From the NCBI GenBank assembly GCA_900770925.1, contig CAAGLY010000002.1, positions 18,942 through 82,941 on the forward strand: a stretch of 64,000 bases of DNA, in the 5' to 3' direction. The notes under the pieces were generated by a model. The model had not been told where the DNA came from, ran no database searches, and saw only the letters and a program-made list of their open reading frames with translations. Positions 8,114 through 18,097 of this stretch are shown piece after piece (the first letter of the stretch is position 1; each line of letters starts with the position of its first letter). Origin of the DNA: Bacilli bacterium (lineage in GTDB: Bacteria > Bacillota_I > Bacilli_A > RFN20 > CAG-288). The translations under genes and the position numbers were made by a program.

Positions 8114-9823
8114 GTGTTATCTTCTTTTGGGTTTTGGGCTATCGCTATGGAAAAAAAGACGATTAAGCTAAAGTCCGTATTAATAGTTACGATTATCGAA
8201 ATTGCACTGATTCTTATCTCAGCGTGTATTTCGATTGTAATTCTGAATTCTGATGTTAAGAACTATCAGAAAGAAAATCAGGTTTATATCGAACACACCT
8301 TTGATGAATATCAGAAAAGGATACAGGAACGTGAGGAAGCTTTCACTTCAAATTGTTTGTCAATTGAACAGTCACGTAGTTTTAATGCTCTGAAAAACGG
8401 AAAAGATGAAGATGATTATCTTCAAAAAGCACAGGACATTAACGATGTAGAGGATAGGCTTCTCTCTCTGGTTCAATTTCATCCCATTGCGAGAAAGGCA
8501 TCCATCTACATTTCATCTAAGGCTGAGGATATTTATATCACCACAGATCAGATTGAATCGGAAAAAGTCATTTTCCGCACCTTCCTTTCGGAAGAAAATA
8601 ATCGTGTTTCCTTCCGTCTTTATCAGTCCGATATATATTTTGTGTACGGAAACAGAAACAGCGGACTTTTTACCATCCAGATAGATGATTTTTATCTACT
8701 TGATCTTTTTTCACGTATCGGAACTCTTTATGATAAAAACAATGCCTTTAAGTGTGTGGAAAACGGGAAAGCATATTTTGTTACCACCAATAGGAAAAGG
8801 AGTGATTCCGAATTTCTTTCTTCTCGGCCGAAGTACTCTTCCGGAATTCAGGGTAATCATATTGTCTATATCTCGAAATACTTTGACTTAGTTGATCTGT
8901 ATGTTCTTGTTTCTCTTCAGAATCAGAGGACAGAACGGATTCTTCCTCCGCTAGTCCTTAGGATTGTCATCTGTCTTTTTGAAGCGGTCGCTAGCGTTTT
9001 CCTTACCTATCGGATTGCCGGACGTCCAAGGAAAACAGTGCTTTCTGCAAGGAAAAAAATAGAGGATGGAAATTTTGATGTCCGGATTGAAGAAAAAAGC
9101 AGTATCAAGGATTTTTCTAGGCTGTATAACGGATTTAATCAAAGGACATCCTCTTTGAATCAGTATGTGAACGAAAACTATATTCAACAGCTTCGGATTC
9201 AGGAAAGCGAGTTCCGTTATCTTCAGTCTCAGATTAATCCCCATTTCCTTTATAACTGCTTTGCCAACATTTCCTCTCTTTGTCAAATAGGTGAAATCCA
9301 GAAGGCCGGAGAGAGGACAAACGATTTATCAAAGTACTATTATTACATTACGAACAAAGAACCGGTTGTTACACTGAGAGAGGAATACGAGAACAGGAGG
9401 CAGTTTATCCGAATCCAGGAAATCCGTTTCGGTGACCGGGTAAGCTTTGATATTCAGCCTCTTGATGATACTGTTTCCGAAATTAAGGTTCCAAAGCTGA
9501 TTTTTCAGCCAATCTGTGAAAACTCCTATAAATATGTGTTCTCTAAAATCGCAAAGGGAGGACATCTCTTTTTCCATTATTCTCTGAAAGACGGACAACT
9601 GATTGTGGAAATCGGGGATAACGGAAACCTACTTGATGATTCTCAAATCGAATCTCTGAATCAGCGTATTTCCTCTTCTAGTGTGATTGGCCAGCATGGT
9701 CTTACCAATATCTCTAGACGGCTTCAGTTCTTTTCCTCTGCGGAGGATAACGTTGTCTTAAAAAAGAACGAAAAAGGAGGACTTTCTGTGATTCTGAAAA
9801 TCAAAACCGAGGTAAACAGATGA
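8114..9823 (+). CDS. sensor histidine kinase, YesM/LytS family (PF06580-type)
   Basis: There are two TM segments and a HAMP-like region. The His box reads QINPHFLYNCFANISSL, and a C-terminal ATPase domain follows. Confidence 0.8.
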   Translation: MLSSFGFWAIAMEKKTIKLKSVLIVTIIEIALILISACISIVILNSDVKNYQKENQVYIEHTFDEYQKRIQEREEAFTSNCLSIEQSRSFNALKNGKDEDDYLQKAQDINDVEDRLLSLVQFHPIARKASIYISSKAEDIYITTDQIESEKVIFRTFLSEENNRVSFRLYQSDIYFVYGNRNSGLFTIQIDDFYLLDLFSRIGTLYDKNNAFKCVENGKAYFVTTNRKRSDSEFLSSRPKYSSGIQGNHIVYISKYFDLVDLYVLVSLQNQRTERILPPLVLRIVICLFEAVASVFLTYRIAGRPRKTVLSARKKIEDGNFDVRIEEKSSIKDFSRLYNGFNQRTSSLNQYVNENYIQQLRIQESEFRYLQSQINPHFLYNCFANISSLCQIGEIQKAGERTNDLSKYYYYITNKEPVVTLREEYENRRQFIRIQEIRFGDRVSFDIQPLDDTVSEIKVPKLIFQPICENSYKYVFSKIAKGGHLFFHYSLKDGQLIVEIGDNGNLLDDSQIESLNQRISSSSVIGQHGLTNISRRLQFFSSAEDNVVLKKNEKGGLSVILKIKTEVNR

Positions 9824-11010
9824 AAAAAGCGAATGTTGCTTTAATTGATGATGAAAAGCATATCGCGGATTTTTATTCTAAGATTATCCGGGATACTTTT
9901 TTTAAGGAAGCTGAGGTCTTTACTTTCTATTATTCAGAGGATCTTCTTGCGAGTCAGATTTCTTTTGATTTGATTGTCTGCGATATCGATAGGCCTGCAA
10001 TCGACGGAATCGAATTAGCGAAAAGAAGGCGAGAAAAAGGGAAAACAGAGATTATTTTTCTTACTGGAAGGAATGACTTCTCTCATTCCTATCAGGCTTT
10101 GCAGATTCCGAATGTCTCTTATATCCTGAAAATCGATGCGGCGGATAAGCTTGCAAATGCTGTTCGCGAGAAACTCTCTCAAATCAATGAGAAATGGGAA
10201 CTTCGGTCTTATTATCGGAATATTGAAAACGAGAACCAGAAGCTTCAGGAAGAAAAAATCACTAAAGAGTTGAAGAAGGTTTTAGACGGCAACGAGGTTG
10301 AAAAAGGAGTGCGTTTTGATGACTCCTACCTGTTTTTGGCGAAGCTTTTCACTTCAAAAGAAGACAATACCTCGCTTCTGAGAGATTCTTTTTCCCTTCG
10401 CACGGGAGAAATCCTGCGCTTAGAGGATGATCTCTATTTTTTCTTGAAGAATTCTTTGGAGCCCTCTTTTTACGAGAAGGCATCGGTGTCTAGGAATGCC
10501 ATTTATCAGAGTACAAAGGACAGGTGCAGGCTTGTTTATTTTGATCATAAAGTGAAGAGGGAGGACTTTGCTTCCGTCTACGGAAGGCTTAAGGAGTATC
10601 TTCTTTCCCATTCCGAAAACGGGAACAGGGTCTCCGTTTTCCGTCTATCTGATGACAGGGACGAGTTCACTCAAAGGGATAACGATAATCGGTTCCTAAA
10701 TGAAATCCATGAGTTTGTTCTAGAAGAGAGGGAAAGAGATGCAAGCCTGAATTCAATCGCAAAGCACTTCAACTACAATCCCTCTTATCTTTCCCGTCTA
10801 TTTAAAGCCAAATACAACCAGAATATTAAAGACTATATTATTTCCATTAAGCTGAAAAAAGCCAAGCAGCTGCTAAAGGAGACGGATTTGCTTACGAAAG
10901 AAATCGCGCAGAAACTCGGTTTCTATTCAATGTCTCACTTCTTCCGCGTGTTTAAGAAAGAATTCTCTAGGTCGCCAAATGAATTCCGAGAACTTTCCCG
11001 CAGAAAGTAA
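9820..11010 (+). CDS. response regulator with a C-terminal AraC-type HTH (YesN-like)
   Basis: The N-terminal receiver domain has the phospho-acceptor region (LIVCDIDRP). The C-terminal AraC HTH reads HFNYNPSYLSRLFK...FYSMSHFFRVFKKEF. The start overlaps the kinase stop as ATGA. Confidence 0.8.
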   Translation: MKKANVALIDDEKHIADFYSKIIRDTFFKEAEVFTFYYSEDLLASQISFDLIVCDIDRPAIDGIELAKRRREKGKTEIIFLTGRNDFSHSYQALQIPNVSYILKIDAADKLANAVREKLSQINEKWELRSYYRNIENENQKLQEEKITKELKKVLDGNEVEKGVRFDDSYLFLAKLFTSKEDNTSLLRDSFSLRTGEILRLEDDLYFFLKNSLEPSFYEKASVSRNAIYQSTKDRCRLVYFDHKVKREDFASVYGRLKEYLLSHSENGNRVSVFRLSDDRDEFTQRDNDNRFLNEIHEFVLEERERDASLNSIAKHFNYNPSYLSRLFKAKYNQNIKDYIISIKLKKAKQLLKETDLLTKEIAQKLGFYSMSHFFRVFKKEFSRSPNEFRELSRRK

Positions 11011-11088
11011 AAGAAGCACATAAATGTCATTTTTTGAGAATTGAAACGCTTTCATACTGAAATTATGATAATTTCAGGAGGATAGAAT

Positions 11089-12747
11089 ATGACAACCATC
11101 AAGAAAAACAGGATTTCGGCACTTGCATTTGCTTCAATTTTCACAATGACAGCAGGATGCAAACAGAAAGAAAACGAAAGCGTTTCTGTCTATAAGGATC
11201 CGGAATACCGCCCGTTTGGCAAATACGATGAACCGGTAAATATCAAAGGGGTCAGGGAATATCTTGACCATAATGATAGCCGTGTTCCTTCATCAACAAC
11301 ACCGGATAACCAGAAATTTATTCAAATCCTGAGAGATGAGCTGAATATCAATTTTGAGTATAGGTGGAAGGTTTCTCCAGCCCAATATGAAAACAAATTA
11401 ACCTCTTCTATCTTATCCAAACAATATCCGGATATTCTGAAGGTAACCGCCAGTCAGTATGCAGACTTTAAGAGTACCGGACTTTTGGCCGATTTGACGG
11501 AAACCTATAAATATGCATCACCGGCAGTCAAGAAATTCCTTGACCGTGATTCAAGTGTCATTGAATCCCTGAAAGACGAAGATGGGAAAATCTATGCTAT
11601 CCCTCAGTATGATGATTATAAAAAGGAAATCCCGGTAAGGTATTATCGCAAGGACTGGCTGAATGAACTTGGGCTTTCGGAGCCGAAGAATCCGTTGGAA
11701 CTGACAAATGTCCTGACACAGTTTAAGACGAAGAAAGGGGCTACTGACGGAATCGCTTTGTTCAAGGAAAGGAAGTCATCTTATTTTTCCTTCGATTATT
11801 ATAGGCAGAGGTTTGGCTACCAACCCTATACCTGGATTGATGATGGAACCGGCAATTTACAAAGTGCAGATGTTTCTCAGGATGCAAAAGATGCCCTCAC
11901 TTACTTCTCCGGACTCTATCAGGATGGACTGAGGCCGAAGGATTATGCTTCCCGGGATGCTTCTCAGGCAGAGAGCTCTGTCAAGTCTCAGAAAGCCGGC
12001 GTTGTTTTTGGACCTTGGTGGCAATACGAATATCCAATTGGTTCTCTCCTCCAGACTCAGGAATGGGGATGCTGTCCGATTCCTCTTGCTGAGGGGAAAA
12101 AGACAACGGTTTCCAGACAGAATATTTCCTATTATTATGTTGTTCTGAAACAGTGCAAGCATCCGGAAGCGCTAAGGAAGAGGATTAACAGGTATATTGA
12201 CGCGGATGGCAAGCCGGGATGCAATGCGTCCGATGGGTACGTCTGGTCCTGGTGCCCGACACAGTTTAACGATCCAAATGACGTTGATGAGACTTTCCTC
12301 AAAATCAATGCACAGCTTAAGACGGATCCTACGGCCAGCCAACCGGCTCCGGATACCTTTACTAGCCATGAGAAGAAGCTTTGGAACGCTTATCCGAACT
12401 ATCTGAAGTGGAGCGAAGACCATGGTTCGACTAAATTCGAAGAAAATAACTTTGCCAATATCATCGGCCGTATCAATCAGGATGGCGCTTGGGCTGCAAT
12501 CCGGAAGACAGATGAAGACAAAAAAGTTAAATTCAATGAGTTCTATGGTATCCCGGGAGACCAGAGGTCTGATTTCGGAAGCCAGATAACAACACATACC
12601 GATGTCTACTTCTCTGAAGTCATAACTGGAAAGAAAAATCTGAATTCGACCTGGGATGACTATGTTAAAGAATGGAATAATCTTCACGGAAAACAGATAT
12701 CGGAAGAAATCAACGCTTGGTATAAGTCTACTAAGTCAGGTAAATAA
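11089..12747 (+). CDS. ABC transporter substrate-binding lipoprotein (large family-1 SBP, LplA/YesO-like)
   Basis: The signal peptide carries a lipobox (IFTMTAGC). The protein is 552 aa and sits immediately upstream of two CUT1-type permeases. The RBS is AGGAGG. Confidence 0.75.
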   Translation: MTTIKKNRISALAFASIFTMTAGCKQKENESVSVYKDPEYRPFGKYDEPVNIKGVREYLDHNDSRVPSSTTPDNQKFIQILRDELNINFEYRWKVSPAQYENKLTSSILSKQYPDILKVTASQYADFKSTGLLADLTETYKYASPAVKKFLDRDSSVIESLKDEDGKIYAIPQYDDYKKEIPVRYYRKDWLNELGLSEPKNPLELTNVLTQFKTKKGATDGIALFKERKSSYFSFDYYRQRFGYQPYTWIDDGTGNLQSADVSQDAKDALTYFSGLYQDGLRPKDYASRDASQAESSVKSQKAGVVFGPWWQYEYPIGSLLQTQEWGCCPIPLAEGKKTTVSRQNISYYYVVLKQCKHPEALRKRINRYIDADGKPGCNASDGYVWSWCPTQFNDPNDVDETFLKINAQLKTDPTASQPAPDTFTSHEKKLWNAYPNYLKWSEDHGSTKFEENNFANIIGRINQDGAWAAIRKTDEDKKVKFNEFYGIPGDQRSDFGSQITTHTDVYFSEVITGKKNLNSTWDDYVKEWNNLHGKQISEEINAWYKSTKSGK

Positions 12748-12749
12748 TA

Positions 12750-13697
12750 ATGACTGCCGCTGGCATTAATCTTAGACCAGTCTCCAAGAAAGAAAAAAGA
12801 AGGCAATTTCTTAAATCACAAGGAGTCTGGTGGGCTAGGCTGCTTCCTGGTCTTCTGCTTACCCTGATTTTCAAATATGGATCGAGGTTTGGCATTGTCA
12901 TTGCCTTTGAAGATTTCAATTATGCAAAAGGTGGATTTTTAGGACATAAATGGGTTGGTTTAGATAACTTCATCTATGTTTTCCAGCTTTCCGGATTTCT
13001 TCAATCGGTAAAAAATACTCTGATTAGGCAAGCCTGGAAGGTCAGCCTTGGTATCATCGTCCCTTTGGTTCTTGCTCTTCTGATTAATGAGGTTGGTAAA
13101 AAGTGGTTTGCAAAGTTTGTTCAAACGACCTTCTTCCTTCCCTTCTTTCTGAGCTGGGTTATCTTAGGAGGAGTTATTAATCAGATTTTCTCCTATAACG
13201 GAATTATCAATGCGGTCGGTTCCTTCTTCGGTGCTGAAAAAGTACTATTCCTGACAGACAATCGTGTCTTCCGGACAATCAGGATAATAACGGATGTCTG
13301 GAAAGGAAGGGGATATAATAGGGTAATCTTCTTAGCCGCTATTATTGGTATTGATCAATCCCTTTATGAAGCAGCTGAAATCGATGGAGCGAATCGTCTT
13401 CAGCGAGTTCTCCATATCACTCTTCCTGGCATAAGGCCGATGGTTGTCAGGCTTTCGACTTTATCTTTAAGTGGATTACTTAACGGCAACTTTGATCAAA
13501 TCTATATTCTCTATAATCCTCTTGTTTATCAGACGGGGGATATCATCGATACTTTCATCTATCGTATCTCCTTCTCTGGAAAAAGGCAGATGGATGTCGG
13601 CGCCGCAATTGGATTATTGAAATCTCTGCTCTCGATTCTCCTGATTGGTTCCACCTATTTTGTTGCTTATAAGAAATTCGATTATCGTATTTTCTAG
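12750..13697 (+). CDS. ABC transporter permease (LplB/YtcP-like)
   Basis: There are six TM segments. The EAA loop reads YEAAEIDGANRLQRVLHITLPGIRP. Confidence 0.8.
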   Translation: MTAAGINLRPVSKKEKRRQFLKSQGVWWARLLPGLLLTLIFKYGSRFGIVIAFEDFNYAKGGFLGHKWVGLDNFIYVFQLSGFLQSVKNTLIRQAWKVSLGIIVPLVLALLINEVGKKWFAKFVQTTFFLPFFLSWVILGGVINQIFSYNGIINAVGSFFGAEKVLFLTDNRVFRTIRIITDVWKGRGYNRVIFLAAIIGIDQSLYEAAEIDGANRLQRVLHITLPGIRPMVVRLSTLSLSGLLNGNFDQIYILYNPLVYQTGDIIDTFIYRISFSGKRQMDVGAAIGLLKSLLSILLIGSTYFVAYKKFDYRIF

Positions 13698-13707
13698 GAG
13701 AAGACAT

Positions 13708-14655
13708 ATGGAAAAAACGAACAACACCATTACACGCAAGTTTTCTCTTTTTGCTAGTACGGATACAGTATCCCGAAAGATTTTCGTTGTCTGCAACTAC
13801 ATTTTTCTTGCGATTCTTTCTCTCATCTGTATTGCTCCTTTTGCCCATCTTCTTGCACTTTCTTTTTCGGGTGATGCCTATACAAGTGCGGGACAAGTCG
13901 GACTTGTTCCTAAAGGATTCACTTTAGATGCCTATATCCTTCTTGCCGGAAAACCGGAATTCTTCCGTGCTTTCGGAATCTCGGTCGCCCGTACGATCTT
14001 GGGAACTCTCTTCTCTTTGCTTGTAGTCATTCTTGCTGCCTATCCTCTCTCAAAAGGCAACAAACGATTTAAAGGACGAACAGCACTTGCCTGGATTCTT
14101 GCTTTTACTAGGTGGTTCAGCGGAGGATTAGCAGCAACCTATGTCCTCTATGGATCCTTAGGACTGATTGACAACTTCCTGGTATTCATCATTCCGAATG
14201 CCTGCGATGTCTACTTTGTTATCAGGCTGATGAATTTCTTCCGTAAGCTCCCCAAGGACCTCGAAGAAGCTGCAAGGAGGGATGGATGCTCTCAGCTTCA
14301 GATTCTTTTTAAAATCTTTGTTCCTCTTTCGATTCCTGCCATTGTTACCATTGTTCTCTTTACTGCAGTCGGACAGTGGAATTCCTGGTTCGATGGTATT
14401 CTCTTTAGGAATGATCCGAAAAATTATCCGCTTCAGTCCTATCTTTACAACAGGATCAGGTCTACCGATCCGACCAAGAGGGTATCGGCAGGTGGGAAAC
14501 TCACTCCTGAGCAGCTTGAGCAGTTAAAGAATATCGGCTCGAAGAATATCCAGTCTGCTCAGATTTTCTTAGGCAGGCTTCCGGTAACTATCATCTTCCC
14601 GTTTGTTCAGAAGTACTTTGTCAAAGGCCTGACCTTAGGAGGTGTTAAAGAATGA
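13708..14655 (+). CDS. ABC transporter permease (LplC/YtcQ-like)
   Basis: The RBS is AGGAG at 13696-13700, followed by ATG at 13708. The EAA loop reads EEAARRDGCSQLQILFKIFVPLSIP. Confidence 0.8.
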   Translation: MEKTNNTITRKFSLFASTDTVSRKIFVVCNYIFLAILSLICIAPFAHLLALSFSGDAYTSAGQVGLVPKGFTLDAYILLAGKPEFFRAFGISVARTILGTLFSLLVVILAAYPLSKGNKRFKGRTALAWILAFTRWFSGGLAATYVLYGSLGLIDNFLVFIIPNACDVYFVIRLMNFFRKLPKDLEEAARRDGCSQLQILFKIFVPLSIPAIVTIVLFTAVGQWNSWFDGILFRNDPKNYPLQSYLYNRIRSTDPTKRVSAGGKLTPEQLEQLKNIGSKNIQSAQIFLGRLPVTIIFPFVQKYFVKGLTLGGVKE

Positions 14656-16304
14656 AAAAGACCTTGTCTTTTTTCCTTTCAGCTTTTGTTCTGACTTCGT
14701 GCGGAGTCACTTCTGTTTCTCCTTCGGTTTCTGTTCCTACACCCGAAAAAGAATGTTCTGTTCTTGTTTGCTTCTCTGGAGATGGAGAGGAAGGAAAAAG
14801 TCTGAAAATAAAAGAATCTTTCCGGGAAAGAAATAAAACATCTTCTATTAGCTATGAAAGGCTTCCTCTTGGAACAAATGGAAGCAACTATGCTTCATTA
14901 GTTGAGAGTAAAGTTCTGTCGGCTGATTATGCCAAAGTTCTTGTTATCGGTCAGAAAACAGGATTTTATTTACAGGATACCTTTCAACATCTGCAGGGAA
15001 TCGATTTCGTTACCATCGATGCTGAAAATATTTATTCCTATTCCAATGTCAGGAGCTACGATTTCATTCCGGAAGAGATTGGATATCTCGCTTCGGGTTT
15101 GAGGAAAGAAAACAAAGTCGGCTATTTTTCTTCCTTTGATGATCAAAACGATAAAAAAAGACTATTTGGTTTTCTCCAGAAGCAGAAGGAAATCTCTGTA
15201 TCTAAGCACGTCTATGTTCACCATATTGAGGAAACCTCCAATTATGAAAAAACAGTTGCTTATTATAATGACTTAAAGGAAAAAGGAGTTCAGGCACTAT
15301 TTGAATCAATCGGAGATAATTATGATTTTCTTCCTGAAGAAGAGAAGAGGAAAGTTATCTCTGTTTCTTCTTCGGATTTTCTCTACAAGGACAGGGAGGC
15401 TGTTTACGATCGGATTGAAAAGGACATTCTTTCCCAAAAAGTCAAAAACACAGAGTTATCTTATAAGGATGGGTATCTGAAATTCAAAGACGGACATCAG
15501 GAAACGCTATCTTATCTTCCTTATGATGAAGGACAATTCAAACAGTTATCCGAGGAACTGATAGTCGATTCTTCAAATGATTATGGTCCGAAATACTCTG
15601 TCGATATTCCCTATCATGAAGGAATCCCCGAATGCGGTGAGACCAATGATTGGAAACATGCTCCACGTTATGGTGCTGATCATGGACGAAAACCATCTGG
15701 ATGGACAGCCATAGGCGCCTGGGCGACCATCTATAGCCAAGAAGGGTTCAGACGGGCGGAAAATACCGGAATTGAATTCAAGAACAGGAGAATCTGGGGG
15801 TACACTGAGCAGACCGGTTGGAAACTGATTGAATGGGCGAACCCGGTCGGCTCTTTCTACGACAAAGACTTCAAGAATGATTATCACAAGGATTTCCCGC
15901 TCTGTTTCAGAAACAATCCAAGTAATAAGACGACTCAGATTAAACTGGATGGAACAAACAAGGGCTTCAATTATCATCCTTTTTCCAGCCAAAACGACCT
16001 GATTCCTGCCGGACTCGAAAATCTCACCTATGTTATCTCCACAATGGATATTCGTCTCATTGTCTGGGATAAAAACAAGGAATCCGATATTGACAATGCA
16101 AAATACGTGGCAAACATCGGAGCAGATTACTGGAGTAAAAAAGGCGCTGTCTGGCAGCCGGACTGGTCGACAAACCGTGATGTCTGTGTTGGACAATTTC
16201 GGACAATTACAAAAAAATGGAAAACTCTCTATAGGACTAATATTCCCATAGATCAATACGATTCCGTCGTAAAGGACGGAAAGTTCTTATCTGAATTCGA
16301 GTAA
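14652..16304 (+). CDS. surface lipoprotein with a BMP/PBP1-like N-terminal domain and an uncharacterised C-terminal domain
   Basis: The signal peptide carries a lipobox (FVLTSC). The N-terminal region resembles BMP/PnrA binding proteins (FIPEEIGYLASGLRKENKVGYFSSFDDQ...RLFGF). The RBS is AGGAGGTG. Confidence 0.5.
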   Translation: MKKTLSFFLSAFVLTSCGVTSVSPSVSVPTPEKECSVLVCFSGDGEEGKSLKIKESFRERNKTSSISYERLPLGTNGSNYASLVESKVLSADYAKVLVIGQKTGFYLQDTFQHLQGIDFVTIDAENIYSYSNVRSYDFIPEEIGYLASGLRKENKVGYFSSFDDQNDKKRLFGFLQKQKEISVSKHVYVHHIEETSNYEKTVAYYNDLKEKGVQALFESIGDNYDFLPEEEKRKVISVSSSDFLYKDREAVYDRIEKDILSQKVKNTELSYKDGYLKFKDGHQETLSYLPYDEGQFKQLSEELIVDSSNDYGPKYSVDIPYHEGIPECGETNDWKHAPRYGADHGRKPSGWTAIGAWATIYSQEGFRRAENTGIEFKNRRIWGYTEQTGWKLIEWANPVGSFYDKDFKNDYHKDFPLCFRNNPSNKTTQIKLDGTNKGFNYHPFSSQNDLIPAGLENLTYVISTMDIRLIVWDKNKESDIDNAKYVANIGADYWSKKGAVWQPDWSTNRDVCVGQFRTITKKWKTLYRTNIPIDQYDSVVKDGKFLSEFE

Positions 16305-16401
16305 GATACGGGACGGGACTTGGTATACCAACAAAAGACGAACTGGCAGTCCTTAGTAAGGAGAAAGTACAAATGAGGACTGGCTGTATGTACTTATTTT
16401 T

Positions 16402-18042
16402 ATGCGGAACAAATTCAAATGTTTGATGACAATCTTAAGTGCTTTGGCACTGACTGGATGTGGTGTTAAGACGAGTGAATCAGGAAATATTCCTTCTGAA
16501 ACTGGTAAGAAGTCGTCTGTTTCTCAGCAAGCCGGAAAAATAAACGGAATTACGATGAGGAAGGAAGGAGTCGCCTGTGAAACTGTGTCGGTTGGCGCAG
16601 GATACACGGTTCAGCTTTCTGCTGAGGTCAATGCAACCGGAAATCCGGATAAAACCATTTCTTGGGAAACTAGTAATCCAAAGATTGCCACAGTTGATAC
16701 GAACGGACTTGTTACTGGTGTTGATTTCGGTGATTGTGAGATTAGTGCAAAAATCGGAAAAATCAAAGCAAGCTGCAAAGTCTCTGTCACTGACTATCAT
16801 CGTTCCTCTTCGGTGTTTGAAAATATTACCCGTTTAGCAAACAATCCTTACAATACACAGAACGGGCTTGCTGATTATGTGATTGATTGCTCATCCGAGG
16901 ACTATGTTACGGTTAAGTTTGATCGTGGTGCTACGGATAAGTGGGCATCTATTATCTTAAATTATGATGCCAAAATCTATGACTATACTGATTTTCAGTT
17001 AGGAGTTGAGCTGGTTAGCGGACATCTTTCAACGTTCGGTGTTGAGTTCCAGGGAACGAATGAATTCAAATCATTTTATAACGTTTCCTTGGAACAGGGA
17101 AAAGAAGCCGTTTTGAATGTTCCGCTTACCGATTATATTATCGAAGATTCCGGCAGCTGGTCTTCTATTGCTTTAGAATTCAATAATCCGACAGATGATA
17201 ATGATTCTAATCGCAAGGAAAACGAAAATGTTGAATTACGAATCAAGAAAGCAAAGCTTGTGAAAGGAGAAAAGAAAGCGCCTGGAAAAGTCGAAGGCCT
17301 GAAATTCGATGAGACTCTTCAGAAGCTCTCTTTCAAGAAAGTCATTGGGGCAACAGAGTATAAGGTCGAGGCGACAAAAGATGGTTCCCCCCTTGAATTA
17401 GATACTGCTTATACCCGCTTTGCTTCTATTACAGAGCCGATGACCGATATCCGTACGGTTTTCACTCCGAAGAAGACAAAAGATATCAATCAGAACTTCG
17501 CTGAAATCAAAGGTGTCTATACTTTCCAGATTACAGCAAAGAATAGTGTCGGATTTGGAACGCCTAGCGAGAAAATCACTGTCAATATTGATCAGAATGC
17601 TAGTGAGGAGAAGTCCGGATTCACTTGCATTGGATTTACCGATGGAACGATTAGTCCGAATCAATACAATGGAGATAAGGAATCGTATTCTACAGAAAAG
17701 AAGGAAGACGGATATCATCTGAAGTTTACAGGAAGTGCTGGCCATGAGTGGGATTCCTTTACTGCGAACTTTGGTACAGCCCAGGCGTTTAAACACTTCA
17801 AAATGAAGTTCTCCGTTCTTAAGGGAAATCCTGTAGAGGCAGTTGCCGAACTTGCCGGTGCTACCGACGAAGGAAAACAGCAGCATTCCTTTACCATCAC
17901 CGAAGGGGAAAATGTTGTGGCGTTTGACATTACCTGCGATACCACAAAAGGCTATGGTCGTTTAAGCCTTCAGTTTGGTCATTCCGGTGCCGCCTGCGGA
18001 GAAACCGAAATTCTTCTTACCGATTTAGAAATTACGGAATAA
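16402..18042 (+). CDS. surface lipoprotein with a Big_2 (bacterial Ig-like) domain
   Basis: The signal peptide carries a lipobox (ALALTGC). The Big_2 signature reads VSVGAGYTVQLSAEVNATGNPDKTISWETSNPKIATVDTNGLVTGV. The start context is unusual (see the uORF finding). Confidence 0.6.
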   Translation: MRNKFKCLMTILSALALTGCGVKTSESGNIPSETGKKSSVSQQAGKINGITMRKEGVACETVSVGAGYTVQLSAEVNATGNPDKTISWETSNPKIATVDTNGLVTGVDFGDCEISAKIGKIKASCKVSVTDYHRSSSVFENITRLANNPYNTQNGLADYVIDCSSEDYVTVKFDRGATDKWASIILNYDAKIYDYTDFQLGVELVSGHLSTFGVEFQGTNEFKSFYNVSLEQGKEAVLNVPLTDYIIEDSGSWSSIALEFNNPTDDNDSNRKENENVELRIKKAKLVKGEKKAPGKVEGLKFDETLQKLSFKKVIGATEYKVEATKDGSPLELDTAYTRFASITEPMTDIRTVFTPKKTKDINQNFAEIKGVYTFQITAKNSVGFGTPSEKITVNIDQNASEEKSGFTCIGFTDGTISPNQYNGDKESYSTEKKEDGYHLKFTGSAGHEWDSFTANFGTAQAFKHFKMKFSVLKGNPVEAVAELAGATDEGKQQHSFTITEGENVVAFDITCDTTKGYGRLSLQFGHSGAACGETEILLTDLEITE

Positions 18043-18061
18043 TTTCCAGAAAGGAGACAAA

Positions 18062-18096
18062 AGGCTGCTAATTCTTTAGCAGCCTCTTTATTTCAT
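18062..18096 (+). terminator. Rho-independent terminator-like hairpin directly abutting the next start codon
   Basis: The stem is AGGCTGCTAA-TTCT-TTAGCAGCCT, a perfect 10 bp, followed by CTTTATTTCATT. The ATG is at 18098. Confidence 0.6.
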
Positions 18097-18097
18097 T

